Shown here in pieces: positions 20,612 to 31,281 of a stretch of DNA of 64,000 bases. The notes under the pieces are model-generated. The model did no database searches. It was not told where the DNA came from and was given only the letters and a program-made list of their open reading frames with translations. The translations under genes and the position numbers were made by a program. The stretch's first letter is position 1; every line of letters starts with the position of its first letter. This DNA comes from Shigella phage JK23, in sequence record MK962752. One strand, written 5' to 3'.

Positions 20612-22071
20612 AAACCAGTTACCTCATGAAAATCACCAAATACATCTTCGAATGTATTAGCTTTAGTTTTATCTTCACGTAAACGAATCGCAATCGGAAG
20701 AAATAATTTAACGTAATCAGTGCGGCCATCAGATTTTAACCAACCGTTGCATTCGCACTCTAGAATTTTTCCAATATAATAATTTTGGTTTTCCATAATG
20801 CGAGTACGGTCAAGTTCATGCGATTTTACACCGGCTTTATCTTTTAAGCCTGAACCAGCATTTACTTTAATTTTTCCACACTCTGATTCAAGAATAAATC
20901 CACCCGCTTTAGTAGGGTCTTTACGGTGAGGATAAATTCCTACAATTTTTAAATCAACATCAATTACTTCTTTAAATTTATAGAGATTTTTTGAACGAGC
21001 ATTTTCCCATAATCCATCGATATTTTTGAGAATAATACCTTCAAGACCTTGGTCAATATATTTTTTATAAATTACCTTAGCTTCATTTAGGTTATTTACT
21101 ACCTGGTTTTCAATTAAAATTACTTTATCATAGCCTGATGTCATTTGTTCTAGTTTAGAAAAACGTACATCATACTTTAAACGAAATGCAGGAAGACCAT
21201 ATATTTCTACTAATGGAACATAGTCCCAGACCTGAAACTTCATGCATTGAGCTTCTTTTTCGGAAATGGTTCCCTTTAAAGATTTATTAGCGATTCCATT
21301 AGAAGCAGTACGTGATTCAGCTACTTCGGCGAATTCTTTAGCTTTACTAATTTCAGGATAAGCATCAAAAAGAAAATCTAGGCCTTCTGGTTCCTTTTCA
21401 ACTTGCTCATGGTATACCAATTCGCCATCAATTAACACACCTTCTGGATGAATCTGGCGGGCTTCAGCGGTCATTTTGATTAACTCTTCCTTAAGAAGGT
21501 CTAATCCTAGATATTCATTACCAGCTCGTGATAAAAGACGAACATCATCTAATTCATCACCTCTAACTTCAGCAAAACACCGAGCTCCATCAGCTTTTAA
21601 CTGGGCAAAGGCTGGAAATTTGATATTCTTATTAATGCCTTTTTCATCATAAGAACTTGCCAGCATTTGAGGTTGTTCAGGAATTAAACCTGGCCAAACT
21701 TTGTTTGCAATAGATACTGAAGCACCACATTCAAGGTCTCGCATCATCACTCGACGCAAAACTTCAACATCATCTTTTTTACCATCGGTGATGTATCCAG
21801 TTAATTCCTCAATTGCCGCATTTCCAGTCAATTTCCGAGTAGCTAACGTGAATTCAATGAAGTCAAGCATATCGGTAAGAGTCAACATTCCAAAACTCTG
21901 GGTAGCAATACCAGGTTTAGGCCATTTCTTGATATAATACTGTAACCCACGAGAATAAGTCAGACGATATACTCGTTTAAGCAATTCATTATCTTTATTC
22001 TTTTCAAGAATTGCTTGCTTCTGTTTAGTTGAACCAATAGATGCTATTTCGTTCAGAATTTTAAGAATCAT
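20608..22071 (-). CDS. 30: ATP-dependent DNA ligase gp30
   Basis: 487 aa; adenylation motif KADGAR; conserved position. Confidence 0.92.
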   Translation of the reverse strand: MILKILNEIASIGSTKQKQAILEKNKDNELLKRVYRLTYSRGLQYYIKKWPKPGIATQSFGMLTLTDMLDFIEFTLATRKLTGNAAIEELTGYITDGKKDDVEVLRRVMMRDLECGASVSIANKVWPGLIPEQPQMLASSYDEKGINKNIKFPAFAQLKADGARCFAEVRGDELDDVRLLSRAGNEYLGLDLLKEELIKMTAEARQIHPEGVLIDGELVYHEQVEKEPEGLDFLFDAYPEISKAKEFAEVAESRTASNGIANKSLKGTISEKEAQCMKFQVWDYVPLVEIYGLPAFRLKYDVRFSKLEQMTSGYDKVILIENQVVNNLNEAKVIYKKYIDQGLEGIILKNIDGLWENARSKNLYKFKEVIDVDLKIVGIYPHRKDPTKAGGFILESECGKIKVNAGSGLKDKAGVKSHELDRTRIMENQNYYIGKILECECNGWLKSDGRTDYVKLFLPIAIRLREDKTKANTFEDVFGDFHEVTGL

Positions 22072-22337
22072 TGTTCATCCTTTAGAGTTTGGTTTACAGC
22101 TCTATTATAAATCAATTCATCATTAAGCTCAGTCAAAGACCTGTGGTACGTGGTTCTAACTTTATTTCCTTGCATCCAGTGCTTGACGTAAATGAAACCT
22201 TGCTCTACACATTTTTTAAAAATTCGTTCGTCTTTTTGAGCTCGGAATTCTGGATTGCATCTAAAAAATTGATTTACGTGACCGTAATCACGTGTAGTAT
22301 TACCTTCATTTTCATAAATAGTGTGAACAACAAACAT
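22068..22337 (-). CDS. hypothetical protein (30.1 position)
   Basis: 89-aa ATG ORF; translationally coupled. Confidence 0.6.
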   Translation of the reverse strand: MFVVHTIYENEGNTTRDYGHVNQFFRCNPEFRAQKDERIFKKCVEQGFIYVKHWMQGNKVRTTYHRSLTELNDELIYNRAVNQTLKDEQ

Positions 22338-23176
22338 TAGAATGCTCCTTGGAAAATATTATCACCACTAGTAGGTCTATTATACAAATACTCTATGCCA
22401 CCAGGTTTAATATAGTTCCATGTCTGAAACGGATGTGTCTGATATGGATGATATAGATGATTATAAGGATTAAATCCAGGAGTTCTCCAGGTAGTGTTCC
22501 AAGGAAAAGAATCGTTTTTGATCATCTTCTCGATTGCATCTTTTATAGCTTTTTCACTATCAAAGCTTTCTTTATTTTCCTTTGGTGAAAAAAGCTTATT
22601 CTCTACATCGTTCCATGTATAAACTCGCTGAGCAGTTTTTGGAATATTGTCACGCTCTCCTCGAGCCATCCAATAAACAGGAACATTTAATATTTCACTC
22701 GCGTGATCGCAGTGGTGAGCGAGATCGTCAATATAACAAATTACGTTATATTTCTCTTTTGCCTTTTTGAACAACTCTTCTTTTGAAGAATCATGACCAC
22801 ACATCAATACTTCTGAGAAGGCACCAGGAAAAAGAGCATTCAAATTAAATTGACGATTCAGCAGAGCGTCAATAGAATCACCCAATGCTGTAACAGCTAC
22901 AAAATTATAATCTTCTTTTAATTTGTTAATTACACACAGGGCATCTTTATATGGAGACAAGTAACGAATAAAATCTGAACGATTGTATTTTTCAATTAAC
23001 TTGACGCCAAGTTCTTCATCACAATTAAAGAGTTTACCAGGAGAAATAAATTTCTCATCTTGGATCATTTTTAAAATATGTTCTAACGGAAGATTATATT
23101 TCTGAGCAAAATAAGGAAGGCCTGATTGCCAGCTTAAACATACTCCATCAATATCAGTTAAAATAGTAGGCTTCAT
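22337..23176 (-). CDS. hypothetical protein (30.2 position)
   Basis: 279-aa ATG ORF. Confidence 0.7.
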   Translation of the reverse strand: MKPTILTDIDGVCLSWQSGLPYFAQKYNLPLEHILKMIQDEKFISPGKLFNCDEELGVKLIEKYNRSDFIRYLSPYKDALCVINKLKEDYNFVAVTALGDSIDALLNRQFNLNALFPGAFSEVLMCGHDSSKEELFKKAKEKYNVICYIDDLAHHCDHASEILNVPVYWMARGERDNIPKTAQRVYTWNDVENKLFSPKENKESFDSEKAIKDAIEKMIKNDSFPWNTTWRTPGFNPYNHLYHPYQTHPFQTWNYIKPGGIEYLYNRPTSGDNIFQGAF

Positions 23177-23631
23177 AGAGAGTCTCTTAATAGGTTTAAC
23201 ACATCAATAAATTCAGCTTCGGTTAATATTGTATCATCTTTTGTTAGACCACTAGCCATGCTGTGCTTCAAAACTTTTCCTTTCGAGGCGTGTAATGCAT
23301 CACGAAAGCCCTTGTTTTGGATCGCTGCTTCAAAATATGCATTTGTGTATAATTCTTTCCATGCTGGGGAGTATCTTGAAAACGGAACTCCAAGCCAGAA
23401 GAGGGTCCCACGGTCCTGAGCTCTAGCATAAGACCTTCCAGCTTGTTGGGCGGCAAGCCCGGATAACCCAAATATACGACGTTGTTGTTCAGCATTTTTC
23501 ACCTTGCATCCTTGGAGGAATCCTTCAAGACCTCCGAATTGAATACCATCCATGACGAAAGGCCATTGGGCGAAATTACTTAATGCACACGATGGCCATC
23601 TAAAATTGCTTCTAATCTCTAACTCAGACAT
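23173..23631 (-). CDS. hypothetical protein (30.3 position)
   Basis: Track start is TTG at 23637; first ATG at 23631 gives 152 aa. Confidence 0.6.
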   Translation of the reverse strand: MSELEIRSNFRWPSCALSNFAQWPFVMDGIQFGGLEGFLQGCKVKNAEQQRRIFGLSGLAAQQAGRSYARAQDRGTLFWLGVPFSRYSPAWKELYTNAYFEAAIQNKGFRDALHASKGKVLKHSMASGLTKDDTILTEAEFIDVLNLLRDSL

Positions 23632-23830
23632 TTTCAATACTTATAATTTCAACATCAGCCCAATGACCATAGCAAGGAAGACGAAATTCAACTGGCCAGT
23701 TAGGGTCCTTTTCTAATATAATAGACTTAACTTGTGGTTCTTCATGTTCATCAGTATATGGATTTTTATCTGTTACTTTATATGTGACCTTAATGTACTG
23801 AATTCCAAAAATCTTATTAATTATATTCAT
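23624..23830 (-). CDS. hypothetical small protein
   Basis: 68-aa ATG ORF. Confidence 0.55.
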   Translation of the reverse strand: MNIINKIFGIQYIKVTYKVTDKNPYTDEHEEPQVKSIILEKDPNWPVEFRLPCYGHWADVEIISIENV

Positions 23831-24024
23831 ACTAATTCCTTTAATCCGTAGATAGGAGATAATTCATCGCCCATACGAAGGTCTTCATTTCCATCTACCC
23901 AAGAAACAATATAAGCCTCTTTTATTTGAATACCACTCCATTTAAACGGAGGTAGAACCTTAAAAATTAATCCAGGTATACCAACTCCCTTTAATTCAAC
24001 AGTTTGACCTAAAAAAAATTTCAT
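23827..24024 (-). CDS. hypothetical small protein
   Basis: 65-aa ATG ORF; overlapping stop/start. Confidence 0.55.
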   Translation of the reverse strand: MKFFLGQTVELKGVGIPGLIFKVLPPFKWSGIQIKEAYIVSWVDGNEDLRMGDELSPIYGLKELV

Positions 24025-24311
24025 TAAAACCTCATCTGAAAACCGTGCGATTTAACATTACCGCCATTAATATCAGAACTATTAATTTCACGTGCAATTG
24101 AGGGATCAATGTCAATTTCGCGATTGAGTTTAGTGATAGCTAAAGTATCGCGCCCATTTACAGTACGGAACTCTAAAGGGCAGACTACATTAACGTAGTT
24201 TTTAATCGATTCACTGGTAGGTTGCAAATGTGCAGGAAGGTCTTTAGGCGCCTTTGAGAAAACTACTTCGCAGAAGTTTTTACGGGTATCAAAATAAGTA
24301 GTCATAAACAT
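24024..24311 (-). CDS. hypothetical protein
   Basis: Track ORF starts at TTG 24362 and would include a hairpin; ATG at 24311 with GAGGAAAAT Shine-Dalgarno gives 95 aa. Confidence 0.55.
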   Translation of the reverse strand: MFMTTYFDTRKNFCEVVFSKAPKDLPAHLQPTSESIKNYVNVVCPLEFRTVNGRDTLAITKLNREIDIDPSIAREINSSDINGGNVKSHGFQMRF

Positions 24312-24351
24312 AACATTTTCCTCAGTAAGGGGCCAAAGCCCCTCATTTATT

Positions 24352-24717
24352 TTAAATATCAAATTCGTTAAGAACTACATCAAAGATTGCTTCAAGATGC
24401 TCAGGTTTAGCTCTGTTACTCAGAATATGACGAATCCAAGTTTTAACCAAAAGCTTGCGATTAACGCCATTCCAGCAAGGATGAGTCCCTAAATCGCGTT
24501 CACGGAAATCATCATCCAGAGCGATTTTAAAGTTGGAACCTTCCATCGTGATTGAAACCGTGATACCGTTTTCAAATCGCATATAAACGTAATTAGGAGT
24601 CATATACTGCTCAATTTCGCATACTGATCCATTTTGATGTTTCCAAAGGCAAATAGTATCAATAGAACCTGCAATACCATTAGAAACATATTTACGTTCA
24701 AAGTTGATGTAGTTCAT
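24352..24717 (-). CDS. hypothetical protein
   Basis: Track start is TTG; ATG at 24717 with GGAGAATAAA Shine-Dalgarno gives 121 aa. Confidence 0.6.
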   Translation of the reverse strand: MNYINFERKYVSNGIAGSIDTICLWKHQNGSVCEIEQYMTPNYVYMRFENGITVSITMEGSNFKIALDDDFRERDLGTHPCWNGVNRKLLVKTWIRHILSNRAKPEHLEAIFDVVLNEFDI

Positions 24718-24784
24718 TTTATTCTCCAAGATGTTTAATTGCGGTACAGGTATATAATATCATATCCTGTACCAAAGTAAACAA

Positions 24785-25117
24785 TTATTTTACTACTTTC
24801 CAATGCTGCATGTCAAGTTTACCAACTTTTTTCATCTTCTCAATTAAGCGTTCGGCACGTTGGCGAGCTGTAACATAATACCATTCACCTAATTCATTTT
24901 GTTCAATTTTTCCAACGATTACTGTATTCAATTCATAAATCCAACCAGTAAAGAAATTATGAACTTGAATTGTAAAGGTGAAATCTGTTCCCATACCTTC
25001 TGTTGTTTCTACTTCAATAATATCACCTTCAACTGCCATTAAGAACCACATAGTTTCATCATATTTACCATTGAAGCATTTAGTTTTAACTGCAGCGTTC
25101 AGATTAATCGTTTTCAT
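24785..25117 (-). CDS. hypothetical protein
   Basis: 110-aa ATG ORF. Confidence 0.6.
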   Translation of the reverse strand: MKTINLNAAVKTKCFNGKYDETMWFLMAVEGDIIEVETTEGMGTDFTFTIQVHNFFTGWIYELNTVIVGKIEQNELGEWYYVTARQRAERLIEKMKKVGKLDMQHWKVVK

Positions 25118-25187
25118 TTTATTCTCCTTTGTTTGTGTAAGATAATACTATCACAAAGGAACCATACTGTAAACAACTTTATGCAAT

Positions 25188-25221
25188 CTTTGGAAAATAA
25201 AAAAGGACTCCCGAAGGAGTC
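25188..25221 (-). terminator. rho-independent terminator downstream of basic small protein gene
   Basis: ggactcc-cgaa-ggagtcc hairpin followed on minus strand by a T7-run. Confidence 0.7.
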
Positions 25222-25227
25222 CTCAAC

Positions 25228-25446
25228 TTATGCTTTCTGCTTACCAAAACGAGAAGCATCATCTCGAAGAACCGCACGTGCTCGGCGCATGATCTTCTCA
25301 ACAGTTTGATTGATACGAGAGTTCGACCCACGCTTGTAGCCAGCGCGTTTAGAATCACCAACTTTCTTTTCAACTGCTTTCTTTGCTTTAGCTTGTTTTG
25401 CCATTATAAATTCTCTTTTAAATGAAAATGCAGGACTTATTGGCAT
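25228..25446 (-). CDS. small highly basic protein (Lys/Arg-rich)
   Basis: 72-aa ATG ORF; alternative internal ATG at 25404 (MAKQAKAKK..., 58 aa). Confidence 0.5.
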   Translation of the reverse strand: MPISPAFSFKREFIMAKQAKAKKAVEKKVGDSKRAGYKRGSNSRINQTVEKIMRRARAVLRDDASRFGKQKA

Positions 25447-25802
25447 TGCCTGCGCAAGCCCTCAAGGGGAACATAGGTTTTTTGATATTTAACGACCAGG
25501 ATAACCATAAACCCGTCATCATACCTTATAGCTCTTATCTGTTGCACACCGTTAGCTTAAAGGTTCCGGGTTCGATTTCTCGAGGATAAGATATATACTG
25601 ATGGATATATAGGCCTTGAGGCGTACTCCCGATTGGCCATCACCTCGGGGTAGCATGCACTTGCCGCTATAAGAATAACATTCAAGAGGTACACCGTAAA
25701 ACTGCCGGGGTCTTAAAACTATAATGATTCGCAAATCATTAATCAGACAGTTCGACGGCTCCTCGTTTTAACTTCACACTAAGGCAGTGAATCTCCAATA
25801 AA
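25447..25802 (-). other. ORF-poor, G+C-richer structured intergenic region (candidate non-coding RNA or regulatory element)
   Basis: 356 bp without a convincing ORF in a densely packed genome; perfect 7-bp hairpin aatgatt-cgca-aatcatt (25721-25738), cccga/tcggg stem, GGTTCGATT motif. Confidence 0.35.
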
Positions 25803-26051
25803 TTACTTCAGTGTTACCACAAAGTGACGAACTGCTTTTCGTGCAGCAGAAGCCAGAGGCTTAGCATATTTAAGTTCATCTTTTTCCTGAAGCTCAGCAG
25901 CTAATGCAGTTTGAGCAGGATTCAGATGTTTGAAATAACGCAGGATTTCAAGAGCTTCGGCTTCAACATCAATAGATGCGCCATAGTTTTCGTGACCATT
26001 ATTCCATGCGTTTCGTTGCAGTTCAAGAGCGTGTTGTAATTGTTTAATCAT
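25803..26051 (-). CDS. rIII: rIII lysis-inhibition accessory protein
   Basis: 82 aa; size and position (upstream of 31 block) as in T4. Confidence 0.8.
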   Translation of the reverse strand: MIKQLQHALELQRNAWNNGHENYGASIDVEAEALEILRYFKHLNPAQTALAAELQEKDELKYAKPLASAARKAVRHFVVTLK

Positions 26052-26198
26052 TTAAAAATTCTCGTTAGAGATTAAAACTCGGTAGTCACGTTCTTCTGAA
26101 TTTCATCTTCTTTCGACAGATCTCTCAGTTGTAGACTACCACATAGAATTGTTCGGTTAACTTATTATTCCGACACCAAATTCATATTATTATTTATA

Positions 26199-26534
26199 TC
26201 ACTTATAAAGACACGGAATAGCTTTATAGTGACAGGTAACGAATTTTTGTTTAATTTCTTTTGGCTGCTTAAGACCCAGAGCTACAAAAGGGTGTGGAAC
26301 GTTTCGAATTTGACCAACTGGAAGAGAAGTCAAATCACCAACTTCACAGAAACCTTCAGGAACATCAGGACCGACAGAGTGAACTACACACAGTTCAGGA
26401 ACTTCACCTTGAACACGTTTACCGATAATAAGTCCTGATTCTGTAACTTCTTCATCACCGGCTTGTGCAGGTTCAGAAACTAAAATAACATATTCACCGA
26501 CAGCACGAATTGGTAGCTGTTGTACTTCAGACAT
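26199..26534 (-). CDS. 31: gp31 co-chaperonin (GroES analogue for capsid folding)
   Basis: 111 aa; matches T4 gp31 size and sequence. Confidence 0.9.
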
Positions 26535-26590
26535 CGTTTTTCCTTTTTGTTAACAGATGAATTAATAATAACAAATAATTCTTAAAGCAT

Positions 26591-26899
26591 TTATTTACCA
26601 ATAAATTGGAGCAAATGCTCAACTTTCATACCATTAACGGAAATCAATTTGTCAATAGAAAAACCTCGCCATGCACCAAGTTCAACATCAAATACTGGAA
26701 TCATATCAGTAGATTCTTTCCGAGTAGATTCAGTCAATTTACCAGTTTGCATGGTTGGCATAAAGTCAGCATCGCGAGTACCTTTCATAACACGAATAGT
26801 ACCATCAGACTTTTCAAAAACTACGTTTGAAACACCCATGGACAATTTAGTTTTCAAAATTTCACGAATTGCTACTTTTTGTTCAGTCGTCAGTTTCAT
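26591..26899 (-). CDS. hypothetical protein (31.1 position)
   Basis: 102-aa ATG ORF. Confidence 0.7.
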   Translation of the reverse strand: MKLTTEQKVAIREILKTKLSMGVSNVVFEKSDGTIRVMKGTRDADFMPTMQTGKLTESTRKESTDMIPVFDVELGAWRGFSIDKLISVNGMKVEHLLQFIGK

Positions 26900-27136
26900 T
26901 TATTTACCTATTACAGTTTTAATATGAGTTGTTCCACGTTCTTTAAGAGTGGAAAGTAATTTTTGGCATTTTTCTAAATCAGATTTCCAACTATGTGGTC
27001 TATCAATACAAACCCAGTTTGACTTATAATACTGCTTCCATTTAGAGAAAAAATACTTCTTATACTCTACAGCAAATGAAATGTTCTCGTTGGAATAAGA
27101 ACTAATTGCTGTGAGCTGTACCAAACGAAATTTCAT
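26900..27136 (-). CDS. hypothetical protein (31.2 position)
   Basis: 78-aa ATG ORF. Confidence 0.6.
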   Translation of the reverse strand: MKFRLVQLTAISSYSNENISFAVEYKKYFFSKWKQYYKSNWVCIDRPHSWKSDLEKCQKLLSTLKERGTTHIKTVIGK

Positions 27137-27717
27137 TATTCACCACAGAATTCGTTGATATTTTCCCAGTTTAACTTATTTAAGTTTTTCTTAGGAACAT
27201 TAAACACTTCAATACCTGCATTTCGCAGAATATCATCCCAGCCAGGTTTATTTTTATCGTATGTTTCACAATAAACCAGCTTTTTAATTCCAGATTGAGC
27301 TATTGCTTTTGCACAATCTGGGCAAGGAGAAAGTGTTACATACATAGTAGCACCTTCAATTGAAGAACCGTTTCGTGCAGCAAACAAAATCGCATTTAGT
27401 TCAGCATGAATTTCATTTTTAGACGACCATTCAGAGTGCGCGCTACGATGTTCTTTCGCCAATACAAAACGATCAGTTGAACCAAACGATACACATTCAG
27501 GCTTATGACCTTGAATGATAGTATGTTTAGGCTTATTCAGCAACCAACCTTGCTCAGCAGCATAATCACAGCAGTTCACACCACCTGCAGGTGAACCATT
27601 ATATCCAGTAGAAATAATACGTCCATTCTTTTCAATTACTGCTCCTACTTTCCAGGAGCAACATTTTGATTCTTGTGATACTAAATATGCAATTTGAAGT
27701 ACTGTACTCGCTTTCAT
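27136..27717 (-). CDS. cd: dCMP deaminase
   Basis: 193 aa; zinc-binding HAE ... PCxxC cytidine/dCMP deaminase motifs. Confidence 0.92.
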   Translation of the reverse strand: MKASTVLQIAYLVSQESKCCSWKVGAVIEKNGRIISTGYNGSPAGGVNCCDYAAEQGWLLNKPKHTIIQGHKPECVSFGSTDRFVLAKEHRSAHSEWSSKNEIHAELNAILFAARNGSSIEGATMYVTLSPCPDCAKAIAQSGIKKLVYCETYDKNKPGWDDILRNAGIEVFNVPKKNLNKLNWENINEFCGE

Positions 27718-28052
27718 TTCATAATCACCAGATAAGCAGATTTAGCAGTTTCAACACGATAAATTTCGTGACGAAGTTTAGTTATACTTTTAATAACAGA
27801 ACTAATTATATTCTGCCCATCTTTAAAGCGGTTTTTCTTATCAATAAAAATTGCACCAGCCATCTTTTTGTGAAGCTCAACTGGATACTTCGTCACAATA
27901 ATAGCATCATACACAGAAGGATGAATACTATTCACTAGAGTATCGTTCATTAAAGTTATTCTAATGAACTGTGCTGTTTCAGAGTCAAGCGCTCTATGAT
28001 CGCCAGTATCATTTTCAAGACAATTATCAATTATATCAGTTAAATTCATCAT
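27714..28052 (-). CDS. hypothetical protein (cd.1 position)
   Basis: 112-aa ATG ORF. Confidence 0.6.
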   Translation of the reverse strand: MMNLTDIIDNCLENDTGDHRALDSETAQFIRITLMNDTLVNSIHPSVYDAIIVTKYPVELHKKMAGAIFIDKKNRFKDGQNIISSVIKSITKLRHEIYRVETAKSAYLVIMK

Positions 28053-28285
28053 AGTACGCCATACACCCTTTGTGCTTCAACTAATCCATCAAAATCCAAT
28101 TTGAGATGTGTTATTTGGTCACCATCACCTGGATTCACAATTACTAATACCGAACGAGGAGTTTCGGTAATAACACGAACCGACGTTTCAGGAAATCGTT
28201 CAGAAACCTTATTTACCAATTCTTGAGCAAATAGTTTAACTTTTTCTTGGAATTCTTTAACAGTAATTGGTTTTTCGCTTAGCAT
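28049..28285 (-). CDS. hypothetical protein (cd.2 position)
   Basis: 78-aa ATG ORF. Confidence 0.6.
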   Translation of the reverse strand: MLSEKPITVKEFQEKVKLFAQELVNKVSERFPETSVRVITETPRSVLVIVNPGDGDQITHLKLDFDGLVEAQRVYGVL

Positions 28286-28806
28286 GTTGATCCTAGCTCC
28301 TTACTTTCAACATTTTTAACTAATTTGACAGAAACTAATTCAGCATCTTGGGTAATCATTACCGGACCTTCTTCATGCTCTTCAAGATATTCTAGAGCTT
28401 TCTTTTTAGCTTCTTCCTTCGTATCAGTTTGAGCATAGATATAGAACATACAACCAGTAATACCTACTACTTTCCACTTAATTTCTTTATCAGTTTTAAT
28501 TTCAAATTTACTTACAGAATCATCTTTTTGAACTTCTTCGAAAAAAGAATATTCTAACATATAAGCAATTGAAAATAACGGGCTAACTTTATAGGATTCA
28601 CCCATTACATCAACAGCTTTATACCAACAATCATCAATTTCACGTTTAATGCTAATAACATTTTTCGCAGGATCTATTTTTACTTTAAATGAATTTTCCC
28701 CAATAAACTGGGCAATTCGTTTATTAGCCTCGCAAGTTTCATTAAAAATATCTTTATATCCAGCTTTAAAGCGATAAACCTTATCTTCTTCAAACCATTC
28801 GCTCAT
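28279..28806 (-). CDS. hypothetical protein (cd.3 position)
   Basis: 175-aa ATG ORF. Confidence 0.65.
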   Translation of the reverse strand: MSEWFEEDKVYRFKAGYKDIFNETCEANKRIAQFIGENSFKVKIDPAKNVISIKREIDDCWYKAVDVMGESYKVSPLFSIAYMLEYSFFEEVQKDDSVSKFEIKTDKEIKWKVVGITGCMFYIYAQTDTKEEAKKKALEYLEEHEEGPVMITQDAELVSVKLVKNVESKELGSTC

Positions 28807-28868
28807 TTCAATTTCCTCATTTGTTTTGGTAGAGCTATAATATCACAACTCTACCGTAAAGTAAACTA

Positions 28869-29144
28869 TTAAATTGCTTTGAATTCTGATGTCTGTGATT
28901 CAAAGCGAATGTCGCCTTTGATAACTAGCTCAGCATCAAGACCAAATACAACAATGATATGCGCGGAACCTGGATACAACGTAATGGCAATAGAATCCAC
29001 CTGGTCTGGAAGCAAAGCGTTCAATACATGAGTCACTTGAGCGTGGATTCGAAGTTCAGCTGCATTATCAAGCTTTTCAAACATGTTATTAGCGATAATT
29101 TGGCTAAACACTACTTCTACGATTTTAGAGTAAGTCGGAAACAT
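28869..29144 (-). CDS. hypothetical protein (cd.4 position)
   Basis: Track start is TTG; ATG at 29144 with GAGG Shine-Dalgarno gives 91 aa and removes overlap with upstream ORF. Confidence 0.55.
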   Translation of the reverse strand: MFPTYSKIVEVVFSQIIANNMFEKLDNAAELRIHAQVTHVLNALLPDQVDSIAITLYPGSAHIIVVFGLDAELVIKGDIRFESQTSEFKAI

Positions 29145-29146
29145 AT

Positions 29147-29347
29147 TTACCTCACATAATTTTCTTCGAGCCAATCAATAACATCCAAAGCGTTATCAAA
29201 AGTTGCGCCATCTACTTTGTCTTCTGTTTCATAATCAAGAACATCTAGGCCTACTCTTCCGTCAACAATAGGCCATAGACAAAATAGATATTTCTTTTCT
29301 TTTTCAATTTTATCACAAAGACGATAAATCTTTTCTAGGTTATTCAT
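29147..29347 (-). CDS. hypothetical protein (cd.5 position)
   Basis: 66-aa ATG ORF. Confidence 0.55.
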   Translation of the reverse strand: MNNLEKIYRLCDKIEKEKKYLFCLWPIVDGRVGLDVLDYETEDKVDGATFDNALDVIDWLEENYVR

Positions 29348-29535
29348 ACGTTTTCCATGGTAAAGGCAGTTTAGTTTTCTTTACTACTAGTTCAACATCA
29401 GGATTCTTTTCTCTTAATTTAAGGCATTCCTCCCATGCTCTATTTTCACTAGTAAATACACAAAATTGCCCATTACTAGTACCAACTAAACCGCTATTTA
29501 CAATAACAAAGCCCAAGTTTCATGGTGCCAAGCCA

Positions 29536-30754
<1,219 letters not shown>

Positions 30755-30758
<4 letters not shown>

Positions 30759-30985
30759 TTATTTTTCTCAACTAATGATTGAATATAATCATGCAAGTCT
30801 TTAGATGCTTTACCCCACTTATTTTGATATTCATTTTTGAGATTAGCACGTGATTGAGCTAATAAAACATCATTAGTTGGAGGTAAAGATTCTAACCGCT
30901 GAATCTGGCGTCCATAAATCATTGCAGCCATCTCGGATTCATAAATCAATCCTTTGAGATGTTCAAATTGATGCCATGAAATCAT
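30755..30985 (-). CDS. hypothetical protein
   Basis: 76-aa ATG ORF. Confidence 0.55.
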
Positions 30986-31281
30986 TTACATTTATCCTCT
31001 TTTAACTCTTGACGATAATAACATATCATAGTTTTTTGGTCATGTACATATCGTTTTACATCATTAAGCCAAATACGAAATTCCTGGGAATCTTCAAATG
31101 GCATACCGACCCAAGCTTTACCATCAATAACTTTAACTTGCCAAGATAGTTTAGCTTCATCATATGACTTTATCTGTACAGGCCAATTAGGATGAACTGT
31201 TTCTTTCTTTACTTCTAGAGGCTTTGTCGAACAACCAGCTAGAAGACCGATAGATAATATTACTGCTGATAGTCTAATCAT
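30982..31281 (-). CDS. pseT.2: o-spanin (outer-membrane lipoprotein lysis component)
   Basis: 99 aa; signal peptide with lipobox LLAGC; directly downstream of and overlapping i-spanin. Confidence 0.75.
   Translation of the reverse strand: MIRLSAVILSIGLLAGCSTKPLEVKKETVHPNWPVQIKSYDEAKLSWQVKVIDGKAWVGMPFEDSQEFRIWLNDVKRYVHDQKTMICYYRQELKEDKCK

Noticed and set aside
23268-23495. 75-aa ORF overlapping the 30.3-position gene in another frame
   Set aside because: Same strand but fully contained within a longer ORF with better start context; no independent translation signals.
25561-25585. tRNA gene suggested by the GGTTCGATT TpsiC-like motif
   Set aside because: Flanking bases cannot form a 5-bp T-stem, and no acceptor stem or anticodon arm could be drawn on either strand by eye; kept only as part of the structured-region finding.
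25552-25734. 60-codon Arg-rich ORF inside the structured intergenic region
   Set aside because: Starts with TTG, has no Shine-Dalgarno, and overlaps strong secondary-structure elements; more likely non-coding.
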